A DNA stretch of 64,000 bases from Promethearchaeia archaeon (GTDB taxonomy: Archaea > Asgardarchaeota > Lokiarchaeia > Sigyniarchaeales > SOKP01). Both the position numbers and the translations under genes were made by a program. Location of the stretch: NCBI GenBank assembly GCA_029856145.1, contig JAHQWK010000004.1, positions 128,001 through 192,000 on the forward strand, in the 5' to 3' direction. A model generated the notes under the pieces. The model saw only the letters and a program-made list of their open reading frames with translations. It made no database searches and was not told the origin of the DNA. Position 1 is the stretch's first letter; the number at the start of each line of letters is the position of its first letter. Of the stretch, positions 10,077 through 19,547 are shown in pieces.

Positions 10077-10886
10077 CTAATTGAATTTGTTCCAGAAATC
10101 ATTAGAAGGATGGGATATATCCTTTTTATTACGAGTATCATGATAACAAAAATCACAATACTCATCACCTTCCATCAATGTATGGTTTCTGGTGAGAACA
10201 AAATTTGGGTTAAAGTTTTTTGCCCTTTCAAAATCTTGATGACAAATCATTGTATAGCCAATTTCAGGGTCAAAATCTTTTAAATCTTCGGCCCACCTAC
10301 ACTTTTTAATTTTATAAACCAATTTTTCTTTATCAATAATTTCTAGGATAGCTTCCAAATCATGCCATCTCTCCGAAAAATTTTTAAAATTATTAGCAAG
10401 ATCCTGCAAATTCTCTAGATAATTCTTTGGATCTCTTTTTGATTCGGTTAGCTCATTCACAAAATTTTGATAATGGTTAATTGCCTCTTCAACAGATAGG
10501 ATTTTCATCAATGATTCAATAAAATAATATTCAAAATGGTTGAAAGTGTGAATAAGATCAGAAACCTCTATTTCTATCTCCTCATCAATTGATATTTGTT
10601 GGTATTTTGTGAATTGTACTAAGTACAAGATTATATTTATACTTTTATTCATTAACTGAGGATATTCTTGAAATCCCTTTAATTCTAAATTTAATGACAC
10701 GTTGTAATCCTTTATTTTTTCAAAGTGAGAAGTCAAATTGTTAATAACAATTTCCAATAAATCTGGATAATTTTTTGATATATTATCCAAAAAAGCTTCA
10801 AGTCCAGATAAAGACATCTGAATAATATCCTTTATCCTAAACTTGATCTTAGAATTCTTAATACATTTAAATCTCATTTTTGTCAT
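10077..10886 (-). CDS. L-2-amino-thiazoline-4-carboxylate hydrolase-like (V4R-related) protein
   Basis: KCRWAE, ICHQDF, LTRNHTLMEGDEYCDF. Confidence 0.8.
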   Translation of the reverse strand: MTKMRFKCIKNSKIKFRIKDIIQMSLSGLEAFLDNISKNYPDLLEIVINNLTSHFEKIKDYNVSLNLELKGFQEYPQLMNKSINIILYLVQFTKYQQISIDEEIEIEVSDLIHTFNHFEYYFIESLMKILSVEEAINHYQNFVNELTESKRDPKNYLENLQDLANNFKNFSERWHDLEAILEIIDKEKLVYKIKKCRWAEDLKDFDPEIGYTMICHQDFERAKNFNPNFVLTRNHTLMEGDEYCDFCYHDTRNKKDISHPSNDFWNKFN

Positions 10887-10936
10887 ATTCTTTTCTCCAT
10901 TAATATTGATTCTAATAAAAAAATTAAAAAAAAAAA

Positions 10937-11746
10937 TTAGTTTAACTCAAGGAATTCCTTTTCTGAGGGGTGCATTATTTCTTTCTCATGCCGTGTATCG
11001 TGATAACAAAAATCACAATAATCATCCCCCATCATAATTGTTTTTGACCTTGTAAGAATGAAATTTGGATTGAGATTTTTTGCATTCTCAAAATCTGTAT
11101 AACACATTATAGCATAACTAAGTTCAAGATCAAAGTCTTTCATAACTTCTGCCCATCTACATTTCTTAACTTTATATAGAAGTTTCTTATCATTTAAGTT
11201 TTTAAAAACTACATCTTGTGCTTGCCATCTTTCCAAATTACCTTGAAAACGATCAATAAGCGCATCAAAAGTATCAAGATATCTACTTGGATCTTTTCTT
11301 GAATGGACAATATCATCTGCCATTCTTTTTATATACTCAATTGCTTCTTTACGAGACATGATTTTTAATAACATAATCATAAAAGAATATTCAAATTGGT
11401 TGAATGCGCGTATAAGATCTATAACATCAACATCAATTTGATCATAAATAGACTTTTGATTATATTTGCTATAATTTACTAGAGACAAAACATTATTTAT
11501 ACTACCTTTGATTAATTCAGGATACTGATTAAGGATCTCATAATCTGTATCGATTGAAATCCCAAAATCTTCTTTTTTTGCATACTTTGTATTTAAATTT
11601 TCAACTAGGGTAGTTAATGAATCTGGTATGTTCGCTTTTAAATCTTTTAAGAAAGTTTCAAGACCTGTTAAGCAAGCAGTAATAACATCAGCAACTTTAT
11701 AGCTGATTTTTGCATTCTCATCATAGGTATTTCTTATTTGTTCCAT
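10937..11746 (-). CDS. ATC-hydrolase-like protein, tandem paralog
   Basis: KCRWAE, MCYTDF, LTRSKTIMMGDDYCDF. Confidence 0.8.
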   Translation of the reverse strand: MEQIRNTYDENAKISYKVADVITACLTGLETFLKDLKANIPDSLTTLVENLNTKYAKKEDFGISIDTDYEILNQYPELIKGSINNVLSLVNYSKYNQKSIYDQIDVDVIDLIRAFNQFEYSFMIMLLKIMSRKEAIEYIKRMADDIVHSRKDPSRYLDTFDALIDRFQGNLERWQAQDVVFKNLNDKKLLYKVKKCRWAEVMKDFDLELSYAIMCYTDFENAKNLNPNFILTRSKTIMMGDDYCDFCYHDTRHEKEIMHPSEKEFLELN

Positions 11747-11779
11747 TTCTTCGATTCCTCCTTTAATTTACAATATCTA

Positions 11780-11947
11780 TCAGGATCTCTTAAACCTTCG
11801 TTTGATCATATTACTATAACCAAACCCACATGGAGTAGTTCGAAAGTCCTCAATTTTTTGCAATATATCACTTTCTCGTTTGATATTTTGCTTTCTTATA
11901 GCTTTCTGGAGCTTATCATTTTTTGATTTTTTAAAAAATTTTGACAT
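11780..11947 (-). CDS. Small basic protein, 55 aa, not in the ORF track
   Basis: MSKFFKKSKNDKLQKAIRKQNIKRESDILQKIEDFRTTPCGFGYSNMIKRRFKRS; GAGGGGA purine tract upstream; fills the operon gap. Confidence 0.6.
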   Translation of the reverse strand: MSKFFKKSKNDKLQKAIRKQNIKRESDILQKIEDFRTTPCGFGYSNMIKRRFKRS

Positions 11948-11992
11948 GTTTAATCATATCCCCTCGGAAATTTAAAAAAAGTTTAAATTATT

Positions 11993-14503
11993 TTAAGATT
12001 GTCTTTCTAATTCATCAATTTCAGCTAATAGATCTAATTTCTTTTCTTTCCATTCATTTCTCATCTTGATATCACAAAAACAGGTATGGATTGCTCTCTC
12101 TCCTTTTTGTAGACTATCCTTAGCTAAATCAAACTTACCAATTTCTTTATAGCATTTTGCCATCTGAATATATGTATTATAAGTAAACCAACCCAATGGA
12201 TCAAGATCTAATGCCTTTTGAAAGTATTTTAATGCCTCTTCATACTCGCCAAATTCAGTGAGAACTTCACCGTAAGAATCATGATAATTACCATTATCAG
12301 GCGCAAGTTTTACTAATTCCTTTGCTGCTTGCAATGATTCTTCTTTCTCATCACGATAATGATGCCAGTATACTTTATTATTTAATATATCAAAATCCTT
12401 AGGATTTTTTTCCCATAAAACATCAATAATCTCTAAGCCTTTATCATAGTTATTCCTCTTCTTATATAGAAATGCCTTATGCGTCATAAGCTTAGTTTCC
12501 ATTTCTGGAAACGCTTTTATCCCCTCATCGATGGCTGCCAAAGCTTCATCAATCTTCTCATCGCTAGCTAAAATATCATATTTCATAAAGTGTAAATGGA
12601 GATCCTTAGGATCAAGCTCAATAGCAGTTTCAATCATTTCAAAACCCTCTTCATATTTTTCTAATTGTTTTAAAATTAGACCCTTAAAATGATAATACTT
12701 CGCTTTGTTCTTGTCAATATCCTCTAGCGAAATTGCCTTATCGAGATCATGCAACACTTCATCCACTCTCATATCATCCATATCTAATTGGTAAACAATT
12801 TTATAGCCCCAAATTAACGCTCTTGTAACATAGGATAAAGGATGGTCAGAATAATATTCATTTAGTATGTCACTGATTTTAAGTGCCTCATCGAATTCAG
12901 CTAATGTTATATGACAATAAACCTTAATAAAATTATAAGGTACAAAAATTTCCTCATCTTTTCTATTTGGATAGCTCTTTAATGCATTTTTCAAAAATTT
13001 AATAGCCCTTTTATGCCTGTTTGATAAACTTAACACAATTGCTTTCAAGAACAGAAAATCCAAATTATCAGGATTATTTTCAATCTCAGAATTGATCTTA
13101 TCTAAAACATTATCAAAATCCTTTTTTTTCATTAAATGTTTGGCATCATTAAACATCTCCTCAATTTCTGGTGAAGAAAAAAATGGTAGCACCCTTAATA
13201 TTGAATAATCTACATAATACTTGAATTGAGTTTGTTCCGAATCATCAGACTGGGAGCTATTAGATTGAAATACTTCTGGAATATCTCTCCACATTACTCC
13301 TTCTAATTTATCACGGGTATCCTCTAGCTTTCTTTCAGTTTCTATTCTATAAGCTAAATGTTTGATGTATTCCGGTAGAAACTCTCTTAAAGTATCTTTT
13401 AGCTCATCATTAAATAAATTATTACAAATCTCGTCTAAAATCGCATTAACTGTAAAACTGAAATCCATTGAAGCACCTCTACTAAGATTACTTTCATACA
13501 ATTTATTTAAGTAAGTAAATTTTGTAATGTGATCTTCAGTTATTGCTGAAAGAACTTTCTCTATCTTTTCATCCTCCTGGAAATAATAAAATTTATCCTC
13601 ATCAACTTCTATATTAAAAAATTTGGTCGAGTAGATATTTTTCTCTATAATTTGACGAATATTAAATTTCAATTCCAATGAATTAATTTGATATTTCTTA
13701 GAAAAATCAGCAGGTGAAATGTAAAAGGGATACTGATTTGGATGATTCATAGACAGAAACAGTAACACTTTGTTAAAATCTTCCTCTGAATCTAAGGATC
13801 CTCTTAAATTAGCATAAGGTAGTTTCAAAACATTGTTTAAAAATCGAAACTTGATATCCTCATCCTGGATATCATATTTTTCAAAAAATATAATTGTACT
13901 TTTCGTGATTTCCTCGATTCTCTTGCTTTCCTCATTCAATATTGATTGTCGGTCTAAATCATATAACTTCAACATCCGAGAATATTCCGATTTCCCCTTT
14001 TTAGTAATTCTGTATTCCTTATTCTCTTTTCTAATAAATTCCATCTGTTGAAGCTCATTTAGATTTTTCGATAAACTGGATTGATTAATCCTTAGTGGAT
14101 CATCAATAAAATCTGACCATTTGCAAAATGTATTATTATAAACCATCCAAAGGAGCCAATGATCATAATTTCGGTCGTTTGTTATCGCTTTTGGAGGATA
14201 ATTTAAATTTCTTTCTCCGTCCTTAGCTTTTGATAGATGGTTGTATCGTTCCGTACCTTTAGAGGTTATTCTATATACTCCTCTTTCCGGCTTTTCAACA
14301 TATTCGTTCACCTTTAACGAGTTCAGGTAATAGGATAAAGTAGATTGAGGAATACTTACGGGTTCATCTAAGAAATTTGCCCATTCAACAATCTCATTAT
14401 TTTTTAACATCCATAGTATAACATGTTCTATATTTGGTCGCTCAATCCCTATTTGCCGAAAGATTTCTTCAGGTGGATAATTTATTTCTTGAGTTCTACT
14501 CAT
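11993..14503 (-). CDS. Tandem winged-helix plus TPR regulator, paralog 1
   Basis: Two N-terminal YPP...LWM..NN...W..F...QS.LS..L..L...Y.IT.KG repeats; C-terminal TPRs; start set at MSRT by comparison with paralog 2. Confidence 0.85.
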   Translation of the reverse strand: MSRTQEINYPPEEIFRQIGIERPNIEHVILWMLKNNEIVEWANFLDEPVSIPQSTLSYYLNSLKVNEYVEKPERGVYRITSKGTERYNHLSKAKDGERNLNYPPKAITNDRNYDHWLLWMVYNNTFCKWSDFIDDPLRINQSSLSKNLNELQQMEFIRKENKEYRITKKGKSEYSRMLKLYDLDRQSILNEESKRIEEITKSTIIFFEKYDIQDEDIKFRFLNNVLKLPYANLRGSLDSEEDFNKVLLFLSMNHPNQYPFYISPADFSKKYQINSLELKFNIRQIIEKNIYSTKFFNIEVDEDKFYYFQEDEKIEKVLSAITEDHITKFTYLNKLYESNLSRGASMDFSFTVNAILDEICNNLFNDELKDTLREFLPEYIKHLAYRIETERKLEDTRDKLEGVMWRDIPEVFQSNSSQSDDSEQTQFKYYVDYSILRVLPFFSSPEIEEMFNDAKHLMKKKDFDNVLDKINSEIENNPDNLDFLFLKAIVLSLSNRHKRAIKFLKNALKSYPNRKDEEIFVPYNFIKVYCHITLAEFDEALKISDILNEYYSDHPLSYVTRALIWGYKIVYQLDMDDMRVDEVLHDLDKAISLEDIDKNKAKYYHFKGLILKQLEKYEEGFEMIETAIELDPKDLHLHFMKYDILASDEKIDEALAAIDEGIKAFPEMETKLMTHKAFLYKKRNNYDKGLEIIDVLWEKNPKDFDILNNKVYWHHYRDEKEESLQAAKELVKLAPDNGNYHDSYGEVLTEFGEYEEALKYFQKALDLDPLGWFTYNTYIQMAKCYKEIGKFDLAKDSLQKGERAIHTCFCDIKMRNEWKEKKLDLLAEIDELERQS

Positions 14504-14561
14504 AAAATTCACATTATAGTACTCTATTTAATATATAGTAACAACTTCTATTTAAAAGTTT

Positions 14562-14635
14562 CGTGTTCAGTATAAAATTAGAACTCCAACTGAACTTCGA
14601 ATTACAATTGAACTTTCACGAATAAAACTATATAT
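14562..14635 (+). promoter_or_regulatory. Operator boxes plus TATA, site A
   Basis: GAACTCCA-AC-TGAACTTC (14581-14598) and GAATTACA-AT-TGAACTTT (14599-14616), then 11 nt, then CTATATAT (14628-14635). Confidence 0.75.
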
Positions 14636-14701
14636 TGAACTACAAACTTATGAGTATTAAGAAAAAAACAAATAAAAAAAACAAATAAGAGGTAAAAAAT
14701 A

Positions 14702-14779
14702 ATGAAAAAAATCGCAGAAAAAATAATTATAATAAAAAGTGGTACTTCAGCGTATAATCGAACTTATATTAGTTATTAA
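14702..14779 (+). CDS. Micro-peptide 1, 25 aa: MKKIAEKIIIIKSGTSAYNRTYISY
   Basis: GAGGT RBS at 14689-14693, first RBS-preceded ORF after promoter A, followed by a T-tract, homologous to 22685..22768. Confidence 0.75.
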   Translation: MKKIAEKIIIIKSGTSAYNRTYISY

Positions 14780-14872
14780 ATATTAAAAATTTTTTTTTTA
14801 TTTTTATGAAAAATAATCTATTGAACAATTTACGATAATTAACCGTTATTATATGATCACTAAGAGAAAACT

Positions 14873-14931
14873 CTTTTCCATCTCCATATTGAATATGTTT
14901 ATACGAGTTCGGGCGAGACTCTGACTCGCCC
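14873..14931. other. Conserved pyrimidine motif plus GC hairpin, copy 1
   Basis: CTTTTCCATCTCCATATT, then GGGCGAG-actctga-CTCGCCC. Confidence 0.6.
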
Positions 14932-14962
14932 ATAAATTATTACATTAAAAGGTTGAAAAGTT

Positions 14963-15169
14963 ATGGATATAAAAAATACAAGAATGGTTGGAAAACATCA
15001 TTGTCCTGAGTGTAATTGTATGTATATTAGAATTGATAATGAAATTATTTCTTGTCCTGGATGTGAACTATCTTCAAAAGGTAATAGATCGATCATCAAT
15101 GAAGAAGAATGCCAGGAAAGAATTAGTTCAATTTCAGATTTAAACTTCAATAAAAGTTCATGTTCTTAA
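14963..15169 (+). CDS. Small zinc-finger protein
   Basis: CPECNC...CPGC; AGGTTGA RBS. Confidence 0.7.
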   Translation: MDIKNTRMVGKHHCPECNCMYIRIDNEIISCPGCELSSKGNRSIINEEECQERISSISDLNFNKSSCS

Positions 15170-15234
15170 TCTATAAATAAAAAAAGTAATTTAAATATAA
15201 TAAAAAAGAAAATCAATTAAATAGGTAATTACAA

Positions 15235-16548
15235 ATGGAAGTAAAAAGCACAAAAAAATCTTATTGGCACTATATGTATTTCTTGATTGGACAACAATTC
15301 TCAATGTTAGGCTCAATGATAGTTGGTTTTGTAATAACTTGGTGGATGGCCGGTAACGTTATTTTTCTTTCAATTTCAGTGTTTTTAATGTTTCTCCCGC
15401 AAATTATTGTGACTCCACTTTCAGGTGTACTTTCGGATAGATGGAATAAAAAGGCAATAATTGCAATATCAGATTCTGGTCAAGCAGCTGCAACTCTTTT
15501 ACTGTTTGTATTTTTTCTTTTCGACATCCAAAACATCGTTTTTGTTCTCGCAATAAATACATTTAGAGCAGCATTATTTGCATTTCAACTACCAGCTGTT
15601 CAGTCTTTAGTCCCTATTATGATCCCTAAAAAAAGTCTAAGCAGGGTTAATGGAATGAACTTTTTGAGTACTGGAGTTATTTTCACTATGGGACCAATGA
15701 TAGCGGCAGGTCTTATGGCTATTTTTCCACAAACAGAACTGATCTTTCTTCTCGATATTATAACATTCCTGATTGCTATGGTCCCATTGTTAATTATCAA
15801 AATTCCTAAAGTACACCAAACTACAGAAGAAGCCGTAAAAAAGTCAATGTTTAAGGATTTCAAAACGGGACTATTAACAATCAAAATGATTCCGGGATTA
15901 TTTGCTATGATTGCTTTCGCAATGGTATGGAATTTTATTAACAGACCTTGGGCTGTTTTGCTACCTAATTTTATTTATGATACTCACGGAGGTACTGCCT
16001 TAAATCTTGCGTTATTAATGACTGTGAGTCAAGTTGGGAACATAATAGGATCTCTAATCACCTCACTTAAGAAAACGTGGAAGCATAAAATTAAAATAAA
16101 CATAATTGGAGGAGCAATATTTTTTGTATGTCAAATCCCCGCGATTCTTGCACCTCAAGGAAATTTCATTATTATGATGATATCTCTATTTCCTGCATGG
16201 GTGATTTTTCCAATTACAGTATCTACGTATTTAGCAATATTACAGACGGTTGTTTCGAAAGATAAAATTGGTAGAATTATGTCGATTGATCACATGATAT
16301 CTATGGCAATTGCTCCAATTGGAGCACTTATATCCGGGCCATTAGCATTATTAATAGGAATAAGATATTTATTTCTAATCGCTGCAATCCTTGGAGTAAT
16401 TCATCCGTTTATCATTTGGGGTTTCACGAAAATAAGACAACTTGAAGTTATAGAAAGAGAAATAGTAATGAAAGCAGATGAAGTTGCCGAAGTAGAAGAA
16501 ATCACAGAGCTTACTGAAGTTATTCAAGTTATTGAACCAATAGAATAA
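15235..16548 (+). CDS. MFS exporter (MefA/DHA3-like)
   Basis: GQQFSMLGS, GVLSDRWNKK motif A, about 12 TM helices. Confidence 0.9.
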   Translation: MEVKSTKKSYWHYMYFLIGQQFSMLGSMIVGFVITWWMAGNVIFLSISVFLMFLPQIIVTPLSGVLSDRWNKKAIIAISDSGQAAATLLLFVFFLFDIQNIVFVLAINTFRAALFAFQLPAVQSLVPIMIPKKSLSRVNGMNFLSTGVIFTMGPMIAAGLMAIFPQTELIFLLDIITFLIAMVPLLIIKIPKVHQTTEEAVKKSMFKDFKTGLLTIKMIPGLFAMIAFAMVWNFINRPWAVLLPNFIYDTHGGTALNLALLMTVSQVGNIIGSLITSLKKTWKHKIKINIIGGAIFFVCQIPAILAPQGNFIIMMISLFPAWVIFPITVSTYLAILQTVVSKDKIGRIMSIDHMISMAIAPIGALISGPLALLIGIRYLFLIAAILGVIHPFIIWGFTKIRQLEVIEREIVMKADEVAEVEEITELTEVIQVIEPIE

Positions 16549-16612
16549 TTTTTTTTTATTTTAATTTTTCATTTTTATTCTTTTTATTAGTATTTTTCAA
16601 TCTTCAATCTCT

Positions 16613-16668
16613 CCAGTTCATAATAAAGTATGAACTTCATATGAAGTCCGAATCAATAGTCTATATAT
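16613..16668 (+). promoter_or_regulatory. Operator box plus TATA, site B
   Basis: GAACTTCA-TA-TGAAGTCC (16632-16649), 11 nt, CTATATAT (16661-16668). Confidence 0.8.
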
Positions 16669-16801
16669 GAATTGAAAATCTAATAAGAATAAAGAATTTT
16701 AGGTTCAAAATTCGAATCATGTAGGAATAGGCTCCTACACTGAAGAAATGTAGCCTGTCATATTCCAATATTATTAATATCAATTAAAAGAGTGGTTTAA
16801 A

Positions 16802-17746
16802 TTGTCTGAAAAATCAGAAATCGAAAAAATATTAAAAGAACGCTCTAAATTTGAAGGTCTGGAAACATCAAATTCCGAATTTGTATTTATTGATAAAGTT
16901 GTTCAAGATTATGCACCAGAAATTGCTTTTTTATATCAATTTAGGGAGGACGAATCAGAAGAACAACAGATAAAAACAGGACGCCTTCATGAAAATCGCA
17001 TCTTAGGCATAATTCTAAAATTCTATTTAGAAGGAAAGAATAAGATCACTACTGGAGAAGTAGAACAGGAATATAAAAGATATTTTAGGGAAATTGCTCG
17101 ATCAACTACTTCAACATATTTAAATATGTTAAAGAAAGAATCTACTCTCTATACAGAAAGAGATGGTAGAGTAGCTTATTATATCTTTTATGAAGATCCT
17201 CCCGTTGATATTAAACCTTTTTGGTTTACTAGAATCTTTTGTATAGTTCCAGCTTACTTTAATAGAGCAATGAAATTTTCTAGTTTATACTTTAACGCTG
17301 AGAAATTTATCCAACAGTATATCAATGATATGGGTTATGGAGATAAAGAAATTTTAATAAGAAATTTCAAATTTATTATCGGTTTAATTGTATTAAATAT
17401 TTTGAAGAATCGAAGCTCTAAATGTATTGGTTGTCAGTTTAGTAAGAGGGAAATTTATAAGAAACTGGAAGAATTGATTAATGTAGCTATTAAAGATAGG
17501 TCTGATGTTTTACCAGGAGAATTATCGGTAGATTTGATTGAAAAGCATTCAGAAATACCAATATTTAAAGGAACTAATATTAAAGAAGATGAATTTAAAG
17601 GAAATATTATTAAGGAGATAGTAAGGAGCGCTGATATATTCAAAAAAGATTTAGATTTTCAAATTATGGTATCATCTCGAAGAAAAGATTCAAGATTAAA
17701 GCAAATACAAGCTTTAGAAGAAGACAGTGCAAAATTATCTTATTAA
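16802..17746 (+). CDS. Putative winged-helix DNA-binding protein
   Basis: ITTGEVEQEY...IARSTTSTYLNMLKKE..L...RDGRVAYY. Confidence 0.65.
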   Translation: MSEKSEIEKILKERSKFEGLETSNSEFVFIDKVVQDYAPEIAFLYQFREDESEEQQIKTGRLHENRILGIILKFYLEGKNKITTGEVEQEYKRYFREIARSTTSTYLNMLKKESTLYTERDGRVAYYIFYEDPPVDIKPFWFTRIFCIVPAYFNRAMKFSSLYFNAEKFIQQYINDMGYGDKEILIRNFKFIIGLIVLNILKNRSSKCIGCQFSKREIYKKLEELINVAIKDRSDVLPGELSVDLIEKHSEIPIFKGTNIKEDEFKGNIIKEIVRSADIFKKDLDFQIMVSSRRKDSRLKQIQALEEDSAKLSY

Positions 17747-17840
17747 TTTTATTTAACACTTTTTTTTAATATCTTAAGTAGTGAAATTTTTCGCACTATA
17801 ATCACCTTTAAATAAGATATTCAATTTTATAAAATTAGAA

Positions 17841-17865
17841 AGTTGTGAAAAAAAAACTCACAACT
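17841..17865. promoter_or_regulatory. Perfect inverted repeat AGTTGTGA-N9-TCACAACT upstream of thioredoxin
   Basis: Directly visible; a related TAGTG...CACTA at 17779-17798. Confidence 0.55.
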
Positions 17866-17894
17866 TAGAAAAAACAATTAAATGTGTATTTTAA

Positions 17895-18311
17895 ATGCAG
17901 AATGTAGATGATAACCTAGAAATGTTGAGAATAAAAAAAGCCGAAGCTTTATTAAAACACCAAAAAATGCCAGAAACTATAGTAGAGATACAGTCTTCAG
18001 AAGAATTTCATAAATTATTAAAGAATTACACTGACAAAACTATTATTATAGATTGTTGGGCTGTTTGGTGCGGACCTTGCATGTTTTTTGCTCCCATTTT
18101 TAAGAAACTTCATGGAGAATTTCAAAAAGATTTCGTATTTGTAAAGGTAAACGTTGATGAAAATAATGCCATAGCAAGGGAGTATGGGATAACTGGAATC
18201 CCAACGACTTTATTTATTAAAAATAAAGAAGTTATAAATCAAGTTGTTGGAGCAATGAATTATGAAGGTATGAAGCAGGTATTAATAAAATTAAAACAAT
18301 CAGATAGTTAA
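17895..18311 (+). CDS. trxA: Thioredoxin
   Basis: WCGPC active site, KVNVDE, GIPT. Confidence 0.95.
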   Translation: MQNVDDNLEMLRIKKAEALLKHQKMPETIVEIQSSEEFHKLLKNYTDKTIIIDCWAVWCGPCMFFAPIFKKLHGEFQKDFVFVKVNVDENNAIAREYGITGIPTTLFIKNKEVINQVVGAMNYEGMKQVLIKLKQSDS

Positions 18312-18362
18312 ATAAATACCCCTTTTTATTAATTTCTTTTTAAATTTTTAAGTTGATAACTA

Positions 18363-18827
18363 ATGGAAGTAATTGGAAACCAATTAAAAGAATTTGAAAT
18401 TATAGATGAGATATTAGAAAATAAAGATATTTTTTCTAGTACACGATTATTTAAATGTATTTTAGGCCTAAATAAAACCGAATCACAGGTATTTGGATAT
18501 ATTTTAAGAAATAAAGATGTAAGTACTTCTGAAATAGCAAAAGCTCTGAAGTTGGATAGAAGTTCAATTCAAAGAGCTGTTCAAGATTTATCTGAATTAA
18601 TACTTATTAATCGTAAGTCTATATCTATGAAAGAATATTCTAAGGTGAAAGGTAAGACTAATATCAAAAGGCAAGGATATCTTTATGTTTATAATGCTAA
18701 AGATATTAAGTCAATAAAAACCCAGTTTAAAGAACTATTAGATAAATGGTACGGTTCAATGTTAAAATACATTGAGAATCTCGAGAATCTATGTGAATGT
18801 TGTGGTTTCAAATTCGAACCATGTTAA
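18363..18827 (+). CDS. HTH regulator (TrmB/MarR-like) with Cys-rich C-terminus
   Basis: FKCILGL, EIAKALKLDRSSIQRAV, GYLYVY, terminal CECC....C. Confidence 0.8.
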   Translation: MEVIGNQLKEFEIIDEILENKDIFSSTRLFKCILGLNKTESQVFGYILRNKDVSTSEIAKALKLDRSSIQRAVQDLSELILINRKSISMKEYSKVKGKTNIKRQGYLYVYNAKDIKSIKTQFKELLDKWYGSMLKYIENLENLCECCGFKFEPC

Positions 18828-18858
18828 ATTTTTTAATAGGCTTAAGAAAAAAAGTTTT

Positions 18859-19521
18859 TTAGAACATAAAAATTACCTTGAAAGGGAGATCTTCCAATAA
18901 TTCTCTTAGTTCTTTTTTAAATTCTTCCGAAATGGGTTCAAAACCATCTAGAGTATAATTACTTACCGAATAATGATCTGGCATAACATCTAATAAGAAC
19001 TCCTTTAATTTTTCCACATTTATAACGGTATCATTTAACCCTTTCAAAAACATTGTGTAGATGCCCAACTTCCCCTTAAATTTTTTACTGAATTTCAAAA
19101 TGCCCTCTAAAACATTTTTAGGTTCTATCGATTCCGGACACTTATTAATTTTTGAAAAATGAAAGTGATCAACAGTATTAAGATTAATAGCAACCAAATC
19201 ACATCCGTTAAATACATTTCGAGCTTCCTTATCTTGAAAGATTCCACAATTTAAATAAATACCAATTTTTTGATTTGGATATATCGTCCTAATCATTTTT
19301 GTAATCAACTTAAAATTTGAATGGGTTATTGAATCTGTTATTCCCTTAAACCATATTAAACTGGGAATCCCTCGAACATTAATACAATCTCTAATTTCAT
19401 AAAAAACTTCTTCAGTAAGGTTAATTAGGCCTGAGCCTTCACAGTAAGAACTAAAATCAACTGATAAAAGTGTTCCAAAATTAAAATTAAACTCGAACGC
19501 TTTTACAAACCTGTAACCCAT
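18859..19521 (-). CDS. Radical-SAM-fold protein lacking CxxxCxxC
   Basis: 'DLVAINLNTVD...FSKINK', 'TMFLKGLND' resemble radical-SAM barrel motifs. Confidence 0.55.
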   Translation of the reverse strand: MGYRFVKAFEFNFNFGTLLSVDFSSYCEGSGLINLTEEVFYEIRDCINVRGIPSLIWFKGITDSITHSNFKLITKMIRTIYPNQKIGIYLNCGIFQDKEARNVFNGCDLVAINLNTVDHFHFSKINKCPESIEPKNVLEGILKFSKKFKGKLGIYTMFLKGLNDTVINVEKLKEFLLDVMPDHYSVSNYTLDGFEPISEEFKKELRELLEDLPFKVIFMF

Positions 19522-19547
19522 TTAAACCACATTTTTTATTTGCATTA

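Noticed and set aside
11738-11926. 62-aa plus-strand ORF from the track
   Set aside because: The minus-strand 55-aa ORF fits the operon direction and has an RBS-like tract
14853-14924. 23-codon ORF MITKRKLFSISILNMFIRVRARL over the hairpin element
   Set aside because: No RBS and no counterpart in locus 2
16715-16770. CUGAAGA right after a hairpin, resembling a hammerhead ribozyme core
   Set aside because: No stem II followed by GAAA, and no correctly placed UH cleavage site
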